A stretch of DNA of 63,635 nucleotides, the filler included, from Octopus bimaculoides (Eukaryota): the NCBI RefSeq assembly GCF_001194135.2. It is 4 parts of 4 records of this genome, joined end to end, with 100 filler letters (N's around TTAATTAATTAA, not from the genome) between each part and the next. Parts side by side here need not be neighbours in the genome. Positions count along the whole stretch, not along the records: positions 1 to 18,190 come from NC_068984.1; positions 18,291 to 29,095 come from NC_068990.1; 2 more parts are not named here. The stretch is one strand, 5' to 3'. The stretch's first letter is position 1. Each line of letters starts with the position of its first letter. The notes under the pieces are model-generated. The model worked only from the letters and a program-made list of their open reading frames with translations. It had not been told where the DNA came from and searched no databases. Below are positions 11,872 through 24,968 of this stretch, one piece after another. Position numbers and translations under genes: made by a program.

Positions 11872-12206
11872 TACACTACGCTCATATTGAGTATTTTTGT
11901 TCAAGTAATTATATTTACAAGACAGACATACGAACAAATAGTTATCTTTCACTAATGTATTTTGGCAAAGGCTATAAATGTCGGCGTAAGAAAATGCTCT
12001 ACCAAAGAAATTCCCTGAGATATTTGTTTTGCATCGAGTTACAGATGTTCTTTTGTCAGTCTCACTGTCGGAAATACAGCAGACGGTCTCACTGTCGGAA
12101 ATACAGTGATGGCATTTTTCACCAATTACAGTATCAAATATAAATGTAAAATATAAATGGAAAATGCAGAACAAGAAAAAAAAACATTAAATCATTATTT
12201 ACATAC

Positions 12207-12370
12207 CGACAAATGGCTTTGTCCAGTGTACTTCTGTCCAGGCAGTTTCTTCCAAAGAACCGTCCACTTTGATAGATTTTGGTGCCGTGCGATAGACAAT
12301 ATAATTACGTGATATTGGCAGGTCACATGTCACAGCTTTGCAACTTTCGTCTTCACAGCGATTTAAAAAA
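12207..12370 (-). CDS. CBM9-like gene, coding exon 2
   Basis: Acceptor ctttatttag, donor G|GTATGT; 164 nt, phase 2 to 1. Encodes (S)FLNRCEDESCKAVTCDLPISRNYIVYRTAPKSIKVDGSLEETAWTEVHWTKPFV, with the family N-terminal motif I.VDG.L.E.AW. Confidence 0.92.
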
Positions 12371-12832
12371 CTAAATAAAGTTATATATTTATTAGAACTG
12401 ATGGAAAATAAGATGTCATAGTTTAGCCTAAACTCCGTTCTGATCGAACAAAACATGCTCAAATATATTCAAATACAATCAAGCAAACACGATCTCGTAT
12501 TATATTCCGTAATACTGCACCACGGACTAAATAAAATTTTTAAAAACTACTTTTTTTGTAAGATGGTAGTGTGTAGATTAAAGCTGATTTTGGTAGTGTG
12601 TGGATTAAAGCTGATTTGGTAGTTTGGGGGTTAAAGGCGATTTAGTTGCTATTTTAAAATTTTTAACAGGTTGAGTAACCACGTAGTCTTCTATGTTGAT
12701 TTGATGGCATTACATCTACAGTATTATTCTATTACAGTCTACCTATGTAAAGTTTTTACTTTGGAACGAATATATGTATCGAAGGGTGTGTTTATATGTG
12801 TGATGTCATATGGTTACATGAAAAACACTTAC

Positions 12833-13083
12833 CTCATCGCTTCAACGTTCGCCTTTAAATCCCTCTTTTCGCATGACTTCTGTTTGTTCAATTCTAAATC
12901 GTCAACTTGAATGGCTTTACTAAATTTAGCAGCGTTGGTAATTTGCGGTGACAGCTTCAGGTAATAACCCAACAACACACCAGATCCTACACACAACACT
13001 GTCAGTACAACAATGACAATCACTAAAGATGGTACACTGATGTAAAGCTGATTCTTTTTCTCTTCGTTTTCTCCAGAAGTCAT
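12833..13083 (-). CDS. CBM9/DOMON-like type II membrane protein, first coding exon (short N-terminal tail, TM helix, stalk)
   Basis: ATG at 13083; MTSGENEEKKNQLYISVPSLVIVIVVLTVLCVGSGVLLGYYLK... with one hydrophobic stretch. Polypyrimidine acceptor ttgtctttcag 6 nt upstream of the ATG (exon starts 13089). Donor AG|GTAAGT at 12833, phase 2. Confidence 0.9.
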
Positions 13084-13227
13084 TCTATACTGAAAGACAA
13101 GGGAAATGCAACGAGATTAAACTTCATCTCCAAATAACCGCCTTTTTTTTAAAATTGCACGATACTTCTTACTAGTTTTATAAATGAAGACAAAGCATTT
13201 GTGGAATTAGTAATGTGTCAGACAAAA

Positions 13228-13330
13228 TGGCGACGAATTTGTAGAAACAGTTGTATTCTGAATTCAAATCCCGCCAGAGTCAACTTTCTTGTTCGTCCTT
13301 CGGTAAAATAAGTACCAGTCAAGTCCTAGG
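13228..13330 (+). mobile_element. SINE family A fragment, plus orientation
   Basis: tctgaattcaaatcccgccagagtcaacttt...aaaataagtaccagt. Confidence 0.7.
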
Positions 13331-14029
13331 ATTAATTTAAATGACAACAACTCGCCTCTAAACTTGAGACTTTGTTCTTAAGTAAATTTTCTTGAAGATA
13401 TATTTATTAAGATACAAAACAACATCGATGAAAAGATGTGAACTGCCGATCTTTTGGTCGACAAATCGGCAACAGTCACCAAGACTTTGTGCAACTTCAA
13501 TTTCTACCCTATAACATTCATAACAACAGGTATTTTTAATTTTATTTATATGACTTTTATCGGTTTATTATAAGAGTAGGGAAAAAGTTTACAATGAAAA
13601 AATGATCTTTCTTACATTTCTATATAATGTAATTTTTTAAATGTAAATAATTGTACAACAATCACCACCAAATATTTTATTTATTTGCTTTTAATTGTCA
13701 AGAGTTTAGTATTTGAAACATAGGCGTTATCATAGGGATAAAAATGATAGCAAAATTAACAGAAAACACCAAAATAAATATTTTTTCCTTTTTACTAAAT
13801 GGAAGGTTTTAAAATCAGAGAAGAAAGGATGAGTTATAATGATATTCATGCTTCTTGCAGAAGTATTAGCGCGAAATATGAAGGAAATTTGGATTAACAG
13901 AGATTGGAATTATCAATAGTTTAACCACCCTCAACCTCTTGAGTACATTTAGTGGAATCCACTCTGTTACAAAAATACGAACCAGACCTCCAATCTAAAG
14001 ACATCTGTTGATTAAATGAATTTAATTAA

Positions 14030-14338
14030 CCCTTAAACGGCGGGAAGCGGTTGCATGAATGTGTGCACCAAACGAACAAAAAAAAAAGAAAAGAAAAATA
14101 TTCTTTTTTCTTAAGAATAACTTTTGTACTTATTTCCATTTTAAATAAGTACAAAAACTATAAATAATTGCTAATCTCTGGCATAATAAAATTTCCAATC
14201 TCGTTATCGAAAAGTGCCGTAAAATATTCACTTTCCTTTGATGATGGTTGTATCCATGTTAAATTTTTTGAAACATCAATTGTTGATATCCGGTGGTCTT
14301 AAGTGAAACATCAATTGTTGATGTTCACCGTTTAAGGA
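14030..14338. mobile_element. piggyBac-like MITE
   Basis: TTAA|CCCTTAAACGG ... CCGTTTAAGGA|TGAA; a subterminal 18-mer gaaacatcaattgttgat occurs twice. Confidence 0.55.
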
Positions 14339-15204
14339 TGAAAAGAATATATTCATATATTAATAACAGATATCTTATCGAGAGCTACGTAAAAGAAAAA
14401 TAACGTAACGTCATACTTTAAATGTCGACAAGTAATACCTAAAACCTGTACGGAAACAAAATAATTGAAATATTGTATGGTGGATCGATATGAAACAGCT
14501 GCTTCAATATTTTGGTCCTAAATTTAAGTTTTTTTTTTTTAAGCATAAGGTATTAAGTTTATATGGGAAAGAAAGGAATTAGATAATTCAATCATGGTTT
14601 TGAAGTGACGTCCGCTTCAGCAGAGAATTAAATGATAAAAATTTGAAGCCGAAATCTGAAGTCGTACAATCGACTTGCTGAGAGATTATATTTCTTATAA
14701 GGACGCTCACTCTTAGGTTTATAACATTGATTTCTTACATAGGCACAACATATTCATAGAAAAGAGTAAATAAGATTGTGTGATGATCTTACATTTTATA
14801 AAGATTTTTCTAAAGAATAAAATGGCCACAATTGGTGAGTGTAACTCAGTTTAGGACTCGGCTTGCCTGAAGCTTGTTTTCGAATTTACAATGATTGTCT
14901 CATAACTTCTCGTTACTTTTATTGCTGTGCAACCAAATATAGATGCAACACCTAAAAAACAAAACAAAACAATAAACAAACACTTTTCAGTTTTCAAAGA
15001 GCAATCAGAAATTAACTTAAGTTTTACAAATTGTAACACTCTAACAATCTAAGTCTTACAACAATCGTACAGTGTCGAATGGAAAACTATATTTCAAAAG
15101 GAACAGATTATATGATTTCCGGAAGAATATTTGAAGATTGCTATGGGTTACGGTGAACAACTCAAAAACTTATTATTTTAATAAGTCATTTGTAAATATA
15201 TTAG

Positions 15205-15671
15205 ACGCAGGCGTGGCTATGTAGTAAGAAGTTAGCTTCCCAACCTCATGGTTCCAGGTTCAGTCCCACAGCGGGATCCTTAGGTAGGTGTCTCCTAGTA
15301 TAGTCTCGGGCCGACCAAAGCCTTCTGAGTGGAAGGAAACCGAAAGAAACCTGTCGTATGTACATTATTTACATTATTTACATTCGACGGATATTTGTCC
15401 TCATCTTTTTTGTTGTTAACACAACGTTTCGGCTGATATACCCTCCAGCCTTGGGTTCTCATTCCTACCTTAAGAATGAGAACCCAGGTTCGAAATTTCC
15501 CCAAGACACCTATAAAAGGCTGGAGGGTATATCAGCCGAAACGTTGTGTTAACAACAAACAAGATGAGGACAAGTATCCATCGAATGTAAATAATGTAAA
15601 TAATGTACAGAATTCCTCATCTCTTAAATACAAAACTGTACTGTCGTATGTATGTATATAAGTGTGTGTGT

Positions 15672-15710
<39 letters not shown>

Positions 15711-15927
15711 CTTTTGAGTCTGTGTTTGACCCCATCACCGCTTTTACAACTGGTGTTGGTGTGTTTACACCCCATAACTTAGTGGTTCGTCCTAAGAGTC
15801 CGATAGAATAAATACTGGGCTTTAAAAAAAAGTACTGAGGTCGATTCATTCGGCTAAAGATTTTCTAGGCGGTGCCCCAGCATGGCCACAGTCTAATGAC
15901 TAAAACAAGTAAAAGATAACAGATAAC
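15205..15927 (+). mobile_element. SINE family B (host of the 15363-15640 insert)
   Basis: Head gcaggcgtggctatgtagtaag...ggttcagtcccac, central (TG)n, tail ggcggtgccccagcatggccacagtc. Confidence 0.9.
15363..15640 (+). mobile_element. Same hammerhead-palindrome family, core mutated; inserted in a SINE
   Basis: Inverted arms of the same sequence as 27563-27820; TSD CTGTCGTATGTA (15351-15362 and 15641-15652). CTGATGA is altered to CTATAA and is absent from the left arm. Confidence 0.85.
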
Positions 15928-16815
15928 TATCATTAGTATGCAATTCTCACAGAAGTTCGAGTGAAAGATACTTAAGTAGTCACTCGACACGTTAGAAATA
16001 GAAGCACATCTTCCCCAAATCATATCCTACCTTAAACATAAAGGAAGACTTGCATTAACTTGAAGCAATAAAGCATTAGAATCGTTTTAAACATTACATC
16101 ATACAATATTTTAAAACAATTACTCTGCACAAACCGCTCCACGGTAGACTTTTATATTGCTATAATACTCTATGTTGCGCTACTCTAAATTAGAATCTTA
16201 CAACATACTAAATAATTCTTTTGACATCTTGCACATCTATATGTTGTATTATACTAAAACTGCACTTTATCGCTCAAATTACACTATGATGTCTTAAGGT
16301 TGTCACGCCTTTTATACTTTATCTAAAATTATTCTATAATACGAAACTGATTGCAACAACAGTAACAACAACAAATTCAGTTTATCAATGAAACACTAAT
16401 TATATGTGAATTCTATCAATAAACTCTATCGTTTTATATTTGCAAGACGTTCCTTAAAACGATAAAAATTTCCTTACTTAACCTTAGTTTATGGAAAACT
16501 AATTACAAAAAAATACTGAACCGAATAATTATACTGACATGGGAACAAAACAAAATATCAAGCATAAATGTGTGCTGAATTTCGAACAATATTTGAAATC
16601 AATATCGATAAGAATTGTATTTCTATGTAGTAGTCTTGAAATATTTTTTGTTACAGATCCAGATTATTTAAAAACGAAATTGTAATTTGAGAAGAGAAGA
16701 GAAAAAAAGAAAAAAATTTAAGAGAAGAGACAAGAATTTAGAATTATTCATAACAATTTTTCCTGAAAATGATTAAATATTGAATTTTAAAATTGAAGTA
16801 TTTCTGAAAGTTCAC

Positions 16816-16920
16816 CTTTCGCGTGTTTGCCTCTGTTCTATAATGTTGTTTGATATCACTTCGGTTTTGACTCTTTTGAGAATTCAATCAGCCTCGTGCT
16901 GTGTCTATCACCGATTTAAC
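16816..16920 (-). other. Possible upstream non-coding exon of the CBM9-like gene
   Basis: The ATG exon has a splice acceptor, so an upstream exon must exist. GAAAG|GTGAAC at 16816 closes a non-repetitive, CpG-containing stretch. The 5' limit is a guess. Confidence 0.25.
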
Positions 16921-17329
16921 AGAATTAAAACTGAACATTAAAAAGACTTCAAAATAATAAATTCAGAAATAGGGTTTATGTAAAGAAAAAAAGAAGCATC
17001 TCCCTCTCTCTCTCTCTCCCTCTCTTCCAGGTCGACCGTTTCGTTTGATATTGGTGGCGGCTTCTTGATAAATAGCTTGACTGGAGAACGGGTAATTCCG
17101 TACAAAAGAAGGTCAAGATGGTCTTTGGTAAAATAGAAATGTTGAAAAATGTACACAGACACAGACACAGACACAGGCACAGACACACACACACACACAC
17201 TCACACACTCACACACACACACATACACACACGCACAACCATACACATGCACGAGTGTATATGTGTGCGTATGTATCTGTAAATATAAGTGCGAATTGCG
17301 TGTATGTGTAATGTGTGTGTATATATATG

Positions 17330-17379
<50 letters not shown>

Positions 17380-18114
17380 TGTGTATATATGTATATATAT
17401 ATATATATGTATATACAGTGTATATANNNNNNNNNNNNNNNNNNNNNNNNNNNNNNNNNNNNNNNNNNNNNNNNNNNNNNNNNNNNNNNNNNNNNNNNNN
17501 NNNNNNNNNNNNNNNNNNNNNNNNNNNNNNNNNNNNNNNNNNNNNNNNNNNNNNNNNNNNNNNNNNNNNNNNNNNNNNNNNNNNNNNNNNNNNNNNNNNN
17601 NNNNNNNNNNNNNNNNNNNNNNNNNNNNNNNNNNNNNNNNNNNNNNNNNNNNNNNNNNNNNNNNNNNNNNNNNNNNNNNNNNNNNNNNNNNNNNNNNNNN
17701 NNNNNNNNNNNNNNNNNNNNNNNNNNNNNNNNNNNNNNNNNNNNNNNNNNNNNNNNNNNNNNNNNNNNNNNNNNNNNNNNNNNNNNNNNNNGTGTGTGTG
17801 TGTGTGTGTGCGTGCGTGCATATTTGAGTCACTATGTGTCTATATGCAAAGGACTACTCAAATTAATTTCAGTGTTTGAGGTCACCTCTCACACGTAGTT
17901 TGCGTCTACCACGGTGTACTGGTGTGCGTGTGCTTCAAATGCTAGCACTGTTGATGGCATGTCAGAGAGTCAAGTTAAATATGACAAAAGAACTGGTTGC
18001 GGGATTAACTGATCTTCTGCCTAGGTGTGAGAGGATTGGGAAGATTTCAAAGTGGCTATCTGGCCAATCGAAAGGTCAGCAACGACATTCGCATCATATG
18101 GTATTTACATACAC

Positions 18115-18190
<76 letters not shown>

Positions 18191-18290
18191 NNNNNNNNNN
18201 NNNNNNNNNNNNNNNNNNNNNNNNNNNNNNNNNNTTAATTAATTAANNNNNNNNNNNNNNNNNNNNNNNNNNNNNNNNNNNNNNNNNNNN
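18191..18290. other. Artificial 100-bp gap spacer N44-TTAATTAATTAA-N44 (12-mer also at 29140 and 37954)
   Basis: Identical 12-mer centred in N runs; it gives stop codons in all six frames. Confidence 0.95.
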
Positions 18291-18328
<38 letters not shown>

Positions 18329-19637
18329 GCATATATATACATATGTATATGTATATGTATGTATATACATACATATATGAATACACATACATACATTCAT
18401 GTATATAACACATATGTGCGTGCGTGCGTGTGTGTGTGTCTAAAGCAAAAGAAAGCCAGAGAAAGAGGCTCTCCTGTTTTGTTTCGCTATTTCTATATGT
18501 ACTCCGTGACCTGCACGACTGTGGAGCTGAACGAAATGAAGCTGAAACTATAAACACGAGTCTTCTTCCTCCCAGTCGCCATTTGCATAAAAAGGAATAC
18601 GAGTGGAGTTCTGAAAACTGGTTGATTGTCGTTTGATTTAAACCTAAATCACTCTAAATAATGATACATACATACATACACACACATACATACACACATA
18701 CACATGCATACATACACACACACACATACACACATACATACACACATACACATACATACACTCAGATACATACATACAGACAGACATACATACATATCGA
18801 TGTCGGTGTGTGTCTTTATGCCCATTCCTGACCGTTAGATAACCGTGTATAGATAGATAGATAGATACATTTCTTTTATTAGCCACACAGGGCTCAACGA
18901 AGATGGGNNNNNNNNNNNNNNNNNNNNNNNNNNNNNNNNNNNNNNNNNNNNNNNNNNNNNNNNNNNNNNNNNNNNNNNNNNNNNNNNNNNNNNNNNNNNN
19001 NNNNNNNNNNNNNNNNNNNNNNNNNNNNNNNNNNNNNNNNNNNNNNNNNNNNNNNNNNNNNNNNNNNNNNNNNNNNNNNNNNNNNNNNNNNNNNNNNNNN
19101 NNNNNNNNNNNNNNNNNNNNNNNNNNNNNNNNNNNNNNNNNNNNNNNNNNNNNNNNNNNNNNNNNNNNNNNNNNNNNNNNNNNNNNNNNNNNNNNNNNNN
19201 NNNNNNNNNNNNNNNNNNNNNNNNNNNNNNNNNNNNNNNNNNNNNNNNNNNNNNNNNNNNNNNNNNNNNNNNNNNNNNNNNNNNNNNNNNNNNNNNNNNN
19301 NNNNNNNNNNNNNNNNNNNNNNNNNNNNNNNNNNNNNNNNNNNNNNNNNNNNNNNNNNNNNNNNNNNNNNNNNNNNNNNNNNNNNNNNNNNNNNNNNNNN
19401 NNNNNNNNNNNNNNNNGTCAATATTCTCATTGAAGAAACTATAACAGTAAGTGACTCTCTTTTGCCTTTTTGTTTTATTTATTTTTTCTTGTTCATAGGG
19501 TTATGCTCAAGATGGCTCCGTCGTTCACACGTGCCATCCTTGCTACATCCACCCATCTTTTTTTGAAGCATAGACAGACAGACACATACATACATACATA
19601 CATACATACATACATACATGCATGTGTGTATGCTACA

Positions 19638-19848
19638 CAGTGTGGCCCAAAAGTAGGCTTACAGTTATTCAACAATCTCTTTTGCATTCATATATTAACA
19701 GTTTAGATCTTAATTATAAAAAAATACAAACCATTATTCAATGCTAATTTACTTAATTGTAAGATAGAAATTCAAATACAATAAAATGTTTTAAAAGAAA
19801 TTTAAAGCGTCTACGTGATAACTGGAAACTTACTTTTGGGCCACCCAG
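19638..19848. mobile_element. Tc1/mariner-type MITE
   Basis: TIRs cagtgtggcccaaaagtaggcttacagtt and aactggaaacttacttttgggccacccag; TA at the right flank. Confidence 0.75.
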
Positions 19849-20162
19849 TATATTTGGTGTTACTCTAAGAAGCAGTGCACGTTACTAGAATTTTCGACTC
19901 GAATCAAATGTAACAAACTGCTGGAAATCGTTGTAAGAACATCCGCATAAGTGGAGTTAAGACATGTTAGTTTGTTCTGGCATCGAGTGGTATCAGATGT
20001 AATGATAATATCAAACCAAAGAGTGAAGTTTTGAAATAATTTACTGCTGTAACTGAGGAAGGTATTACGTAACACATGCATTTCCTATCATATATTACGC
20101 AAACCTGAAACGTACGTATTAAATGATCTCAAAATATCGGTATTTGATTTGGCCTTATTACA

Positions 20163-20241
<79 letters not shown>

Positions 20242-20802
20242 TTTGTCCTGCCCCGTCGCTTGACAACCCGGGTTGGGCTTTTTCGTCCTTTTAACTTGAG
20301 AGATAACAAGTACCGATGACTGGATCAAATAAAAGAGAAAAAAAAAAGGTAAATGGTAATATACATCCACGAAAAGGAATACATCCATGTGAATACTTCG
20401 CCAGTTAGAAAACATCTGGAGAAATACCATATCTGGAATATCACGGCCGGCCATGAAAGCGACAAGATGGAATGTCGGAAATTTGACAATTAAAGAATAG
20501 ATTGTTATTTAAGAATTCAAGCCCACCAAGGACGGTAGACAATGAATGTACGACGCTCGTTAGTCACTTAAAATACTCCTAATCTGGTCTTGTCGTAAAC
20601 CCATCCTATCGCGTCCCCCACATATCTGCACAGGTCAAAACTACATTTACACTCCTGTTACTGATAAGGGCTTTTTATAGCCGAATTATTAAAATATTAG
20701 ATAAAAGTGTAACATGTTGTTTCATGATTTTTCCTTGATTCTTTTTTTTAACCCCTTTTTATTTTCTTCTTTTGCACTAGTTGCTTTCTAAATCTCTTTC
20801 AA

Positions 20803-20807
20803 TAATT

Positions 20808-20861
<54 letters not shown>

Positions 20862-20989
20862 GTAATCATAATAGTGATGCATGTTCCTGGTGTACCCTTA
20901 TCAGACGGGTAGTCATGATGGGTATAATGGGCTTCGTATATTTTATCCCAGTGTCACTTTGATGGCATGCGCTGCTCTCTCACTCAATA

Positions 20990-21068
<79 letters not shown>
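20803..21068. repeat. (AAT)n and (GAT)n microsatellites
   Basis: Direct reading. Representative of dozens of CA, GA, TA, TACA, AAT, GAT and AAG tracts across the window. Confidence 0.97.
20891..20985 (+). repeat. Short dispersed repeat (second copy at about 62675-62768)
   Basis: gtgtacccttatcagacgggtag...cccagtgtcactttgatggcatgc; both copies are followed by (AAT)n. Confidence 0.75.
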
Positions 21069-21070
<2 letters not shown>

Positions 21071-21360
21071 GTTTCAAATTTTGGCTCAAAGCCAGCAATT
21101 TCGGTGGAGAGGCAAATCGATTACATCAACCCCAGTGCTTAACTGGTACATATTTTGTCGACCCCCTAAAGGATGAAAAGTAAAGTCGACCGCGGCGGAA
21201 TTTGAACTGAGAACGTAAAGACGGATGAAATGCTGGTAAGCGGCATTTCGTCCGACATGGTAACGGTTCTGCTTCTGTCTCACCACCTCAAATTGTCAAT
21301 TTATTTATCGACATCGAAAGGATGAAAGGTAAAATTGACCGATGTGGACTGACACTCAGT
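21069..21360 (-). mobile_element. SINE family A plus adjacent fragment
   Basis: Abuts an (AAT)n/(GAT)n tract at its 3' end. Confidence 0.9.
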
Positions 21361-21398
21361 GTGAGAGAGTTGGGAAAGAGAAGGAGAGAGAGGGAGAT

Positions 21399-21458
<60 letters not shown>

Positions 21459-21852
21459 CTATGAAAAAAAGACACCCGGGAAAAGAATTAATTCTCATGC
21501 TAAAATACGTACACACATAAACACACACACACACACACACAGAGAGAAGTACATGCACACATAAACGCATATATACATGCGTACACACACATACACATGC
21601 CGAACAGCCGGGTGTGGGTTCTTAGTTTTGTATCTAAATCAGAATTGTGTACATATGCGTGTGTGTATGCATGTGTACACATACACGTATGTGCGTGTGT
21701 ATAGGTACGTTTATGCGTCTATATATGTATACATATACAATTATTCATTATATATGCATTATATACATTTTACGAGTACACGTATGCATGTATGTATGTG
21801 TACATGTATGCATGGATGTATACTTATAATCATTATGTAAGCAATATATAAA

Positions 21853-21887
<35 letters not shown>

Positions 21888-22339
21888 AGAGGAACTCACA
21901 GAAGCATCCATATCTTTAGTTCTGAGTTAAGATAACAACGTTTCGCGAGTGCCAATTATTCAGCTAACAAACAGATTTAGCAGAAATGGTCTTACGGAAT
22001 AACTCTAAACTGGCCAGCTGTACAATAAACAATTTCAGAACTTTTCTACCAGTTAAATATTTCCAGAAGACGAAAATATTGTTCTTTGTGTAGTTTTGGA
22101 AACAATAATATAAGGAAGTAATAATAATAATAATGGTGGTAATAATAATAATTTATCTCATTGTACATCAGCTAACAATTCCTAGTTGTTACTTATCCGA
22201 CAATCCTTCCACTCGGTGACTATTTTGCCGCTTTCCATATTGTCCTCCCCCACCTCCCCCTCTTCTTTGGCACTTTCTTTCAACTGCAGCGTCTGCTACA
22301 CTATTCGTTTAGGACTAATAATAACTTTATTTTCTTTCT

Positions 22340-22510
22340 AATATAAGCATAAGGCCAGCAATTTTGAAGGGAGGGATAAGCCGGTTACATCAACCTCAAG
22401 GCTCAATTGGTATTTAGTATATCAATCCTGATTGGATGGAAGGCAAAGTCAACCTCGGTTGTATTTGAACAGAGAACGTAAAGTCGGAAGAAATGCCGTT
22501 GAAATGCCAG
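22340..22510 (-). mobile_element. SINE family A, diverged
   Basis: aaggccagcaattt...gtatttgaacagagaacgtaaag. Confidence 0.8.
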
Positions 22511-22524
22511 TTCGCCTAATAATA

Positions 22525-22760
22525 ATAGAATTTGTGGACAAAAATGGTAAAACCGTATGGCATATTACCAGTCAATGTACGCCACTAGCCCAGAAAGAAT
22601 ATAAGAGACATCATGACAATATAGCAAAATGGCTTACGGTTATTCACTGACTTTTCCTCTCATTCAATTGCAATCAGGTCATACACTTGCTTGATATGGT
22701 GATTGCTGACATCCTTGTAATGGCGTTTCAGGTGTCCTCTTCGACATCTTCCATATTTCA
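22525..22760. mobile_element. R4/Dong-like fragments
   Basis: Plus strand GKTVWHITSQCTPLAQKEYKRHHDNIAK (zinc knuckle/RHD motif); a short opposite-strand fragment lies next to it. Confidence 0.7.
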
Positions 22761-23269
22761 TATATATATATNNNNNNNNNNNNNNNNNNNNNNNNNNNNN
22801 TATGTATATATTTATAATACAAAATGGGACAAGAACGCAAAACATCCATACAATTAGGTGATACAAAAGAGGGACAACAAAACATCCAGACAGACGATAC
22901 AAAGAAAACAAGGGCGGGTCATTCGGAGTTTTCTTTCCTCAGTCGAGTTCCAGATTATCTTTGCAATTTCGGCTGGTTATACTCGAGATTGCTCCAATCT
23001 GGTCATATATGATACTTCATGTATCTTCGATGCTTAAGCCTGTTATCCTTCGTCAGATAGTCTGATTAAGGTTAACAGGCCGAAAATTCGAAGTCCCTGT
23101 CATCACACTTCTTGTAAAAATCTAACAAAAAAACAAAATCTTTAAAAATTATTCAGTAATTATTCAGTTGAAGGTTAAATTGTTTTTATTACAACACGAC
23201 ATACAAACAAACATTTGAAAAGTGTGTGAGTGTGTGTGTGTGTGTGTGTGTGCGTGAGTGTGTGTGTGT

Positions 23270-23317
<48 letters not shown>

Positions 23318-23350
23318 GAGAGAGNNNNNNNNNNNNNNNNNNNNNNNNNN

Positions 23351-23394
<44 letters not shown>

Positions 23395-23764
23395 CATTGC
23401 GGTTAGGAGTAAAAAGAAAAAATATAGAAGTACATCAGACCATCCCTTCCCCCTTCTTTGGAGACAGAACAGGAGAGGGAGAGAGAAAGAGTGAGAGAGA
23501 GAGAGAGAGAGAGAGAAGGAAAGAGAGAATGAGAAGAGGGTGGGGAATAACAAGGGAGAAGACTAAAGCAGGAGAAGACGGTGCCTCTCCCCTGTCTCTT
23601 CAATACAAACCAAAAACTGACTTTTGTTCTGCCATCAAATTTGAACCATATTTAACAAGTGTGGGAACATAGAGCTGCTTTTCACAAAGTTGGCGTCCAA
23701 AGTTTTATTATTATTGTTAATGTAACTGTCGTTGTTTTTTTAGTTGTTGTTGTTGTTGTTGTCG

Positions 23765-23806
<42 letters not shown>

Positions 23807-23967
23807 GTGTTGTTGACCATAATTCTTTTAACAAAGTACACACAGCAAGAGACAAACTCATGTGTAAGCGCATGTGTGTGTGTGTGTGTGTACATTATAT
23901 GTGTGTGTATGTGTGTGTGTGTGTGTGTGAATAGTTGTACGTGTCTATTGTACATGTATATATGTGA

Positions 23968-24000
<33 letters not shown>

Positions 24001-24657
24001 CATATATCTGTGTATGTATGTTTGCGTGTATTTATATATAGACATACATACACACATGCATGCATACGTGCATACACACATACATACACATACATATACA
24101 CATACATACATACATGCATGCATACGTGCATACACACATACATATACATACATACATACATACATACATACATACGTGGCCAGCACTTTTCTTTCAACAC
24201 TCCTCGTTATTGCGTTGTATCCTTTATTAAAATTCTTATAAAATACGTTCATTGCATTCGTTTTTACGTCCGTTTTTCCATGCTAGTATGGGTTAGAATG
24301 TATTACTGACGTTTTGGATTACAGCGGATACACTTCCAGTCGCTTAACACTTACCTGTTTTCCAGCTATGGACAGCACAAATGTAGTTCCTCTAGGCAAA
24401 ATATTAAATCAATGAGAGTGCTCAACGACTCTAAATAGTCCTTGGTGCTATGACTTTATAGATTTCAAGTTACCACAAAAAAAATTAGGAGTTTTTGCCA
24501 AAAGTTATTTCGGGAGACATGTAGGTATGCCGGTGAATAAATTACTTTCTGAGCGGATTTTGAACTAAAAACAATCACTCGCCTAATAACATAATACACG
24601 ACAGCTGATAACACTTGTGTGTGTGTGGGGGGGGGGGGGTTAAAAAAGTAATATATA

Positions 24658-24968
24658 GGCGCAGGAGTGGCTGTATGATAAGTAGCTTGCTTACCAACCA
24701 CATAGTTCCGGGTTCAGTCCCACTGCATGGCACCTTGGGCAAGTGTCTTCTACTATAGCCGCGGGCCGACCAAACCTTGTGAGTGGATTTGGTAGACGGA
24801 AAATGAAAGCCGATGCTGGTGTGTTTGCGTCTCCGTAACTTAGTTGTACTGCAAACGAGACCGATAGAATAAGTACTAGGCTTACAAAGAATAAGTCCTG
24901 GGGTCGATTTACTCGACTAAAGGCGGTACTCCAGCATGGCCGCAGTCAAATGACTGAAATAAATAAAA
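24658..24968 (+). mobile_element. SINE family B
   Basis: Head and tail present; central microsatellite deleted. Confidence 0.9.

Noticed and set aside
12059-12106. Short direct repeats (21-mer twice here; ~27-mers at 12560-12625) as a CRISPR-like array
   Set aside because: Only 2-3 units, no unique spacers of regular length, eukaryotic intron context and no cas genes.
18235-18246. TTAATTAATTAA recurring between gaps as a biological motif
   Set aside because: Always centred in a 100-bp N block, so it is an assembly spacer.
23010-23060. Hammerhead-like CTGACGAAG...ATCGAAG on the minus strand
   Set aside because: GAAA is altered to GAAG and stems I and III do not form; at best a dead relic.
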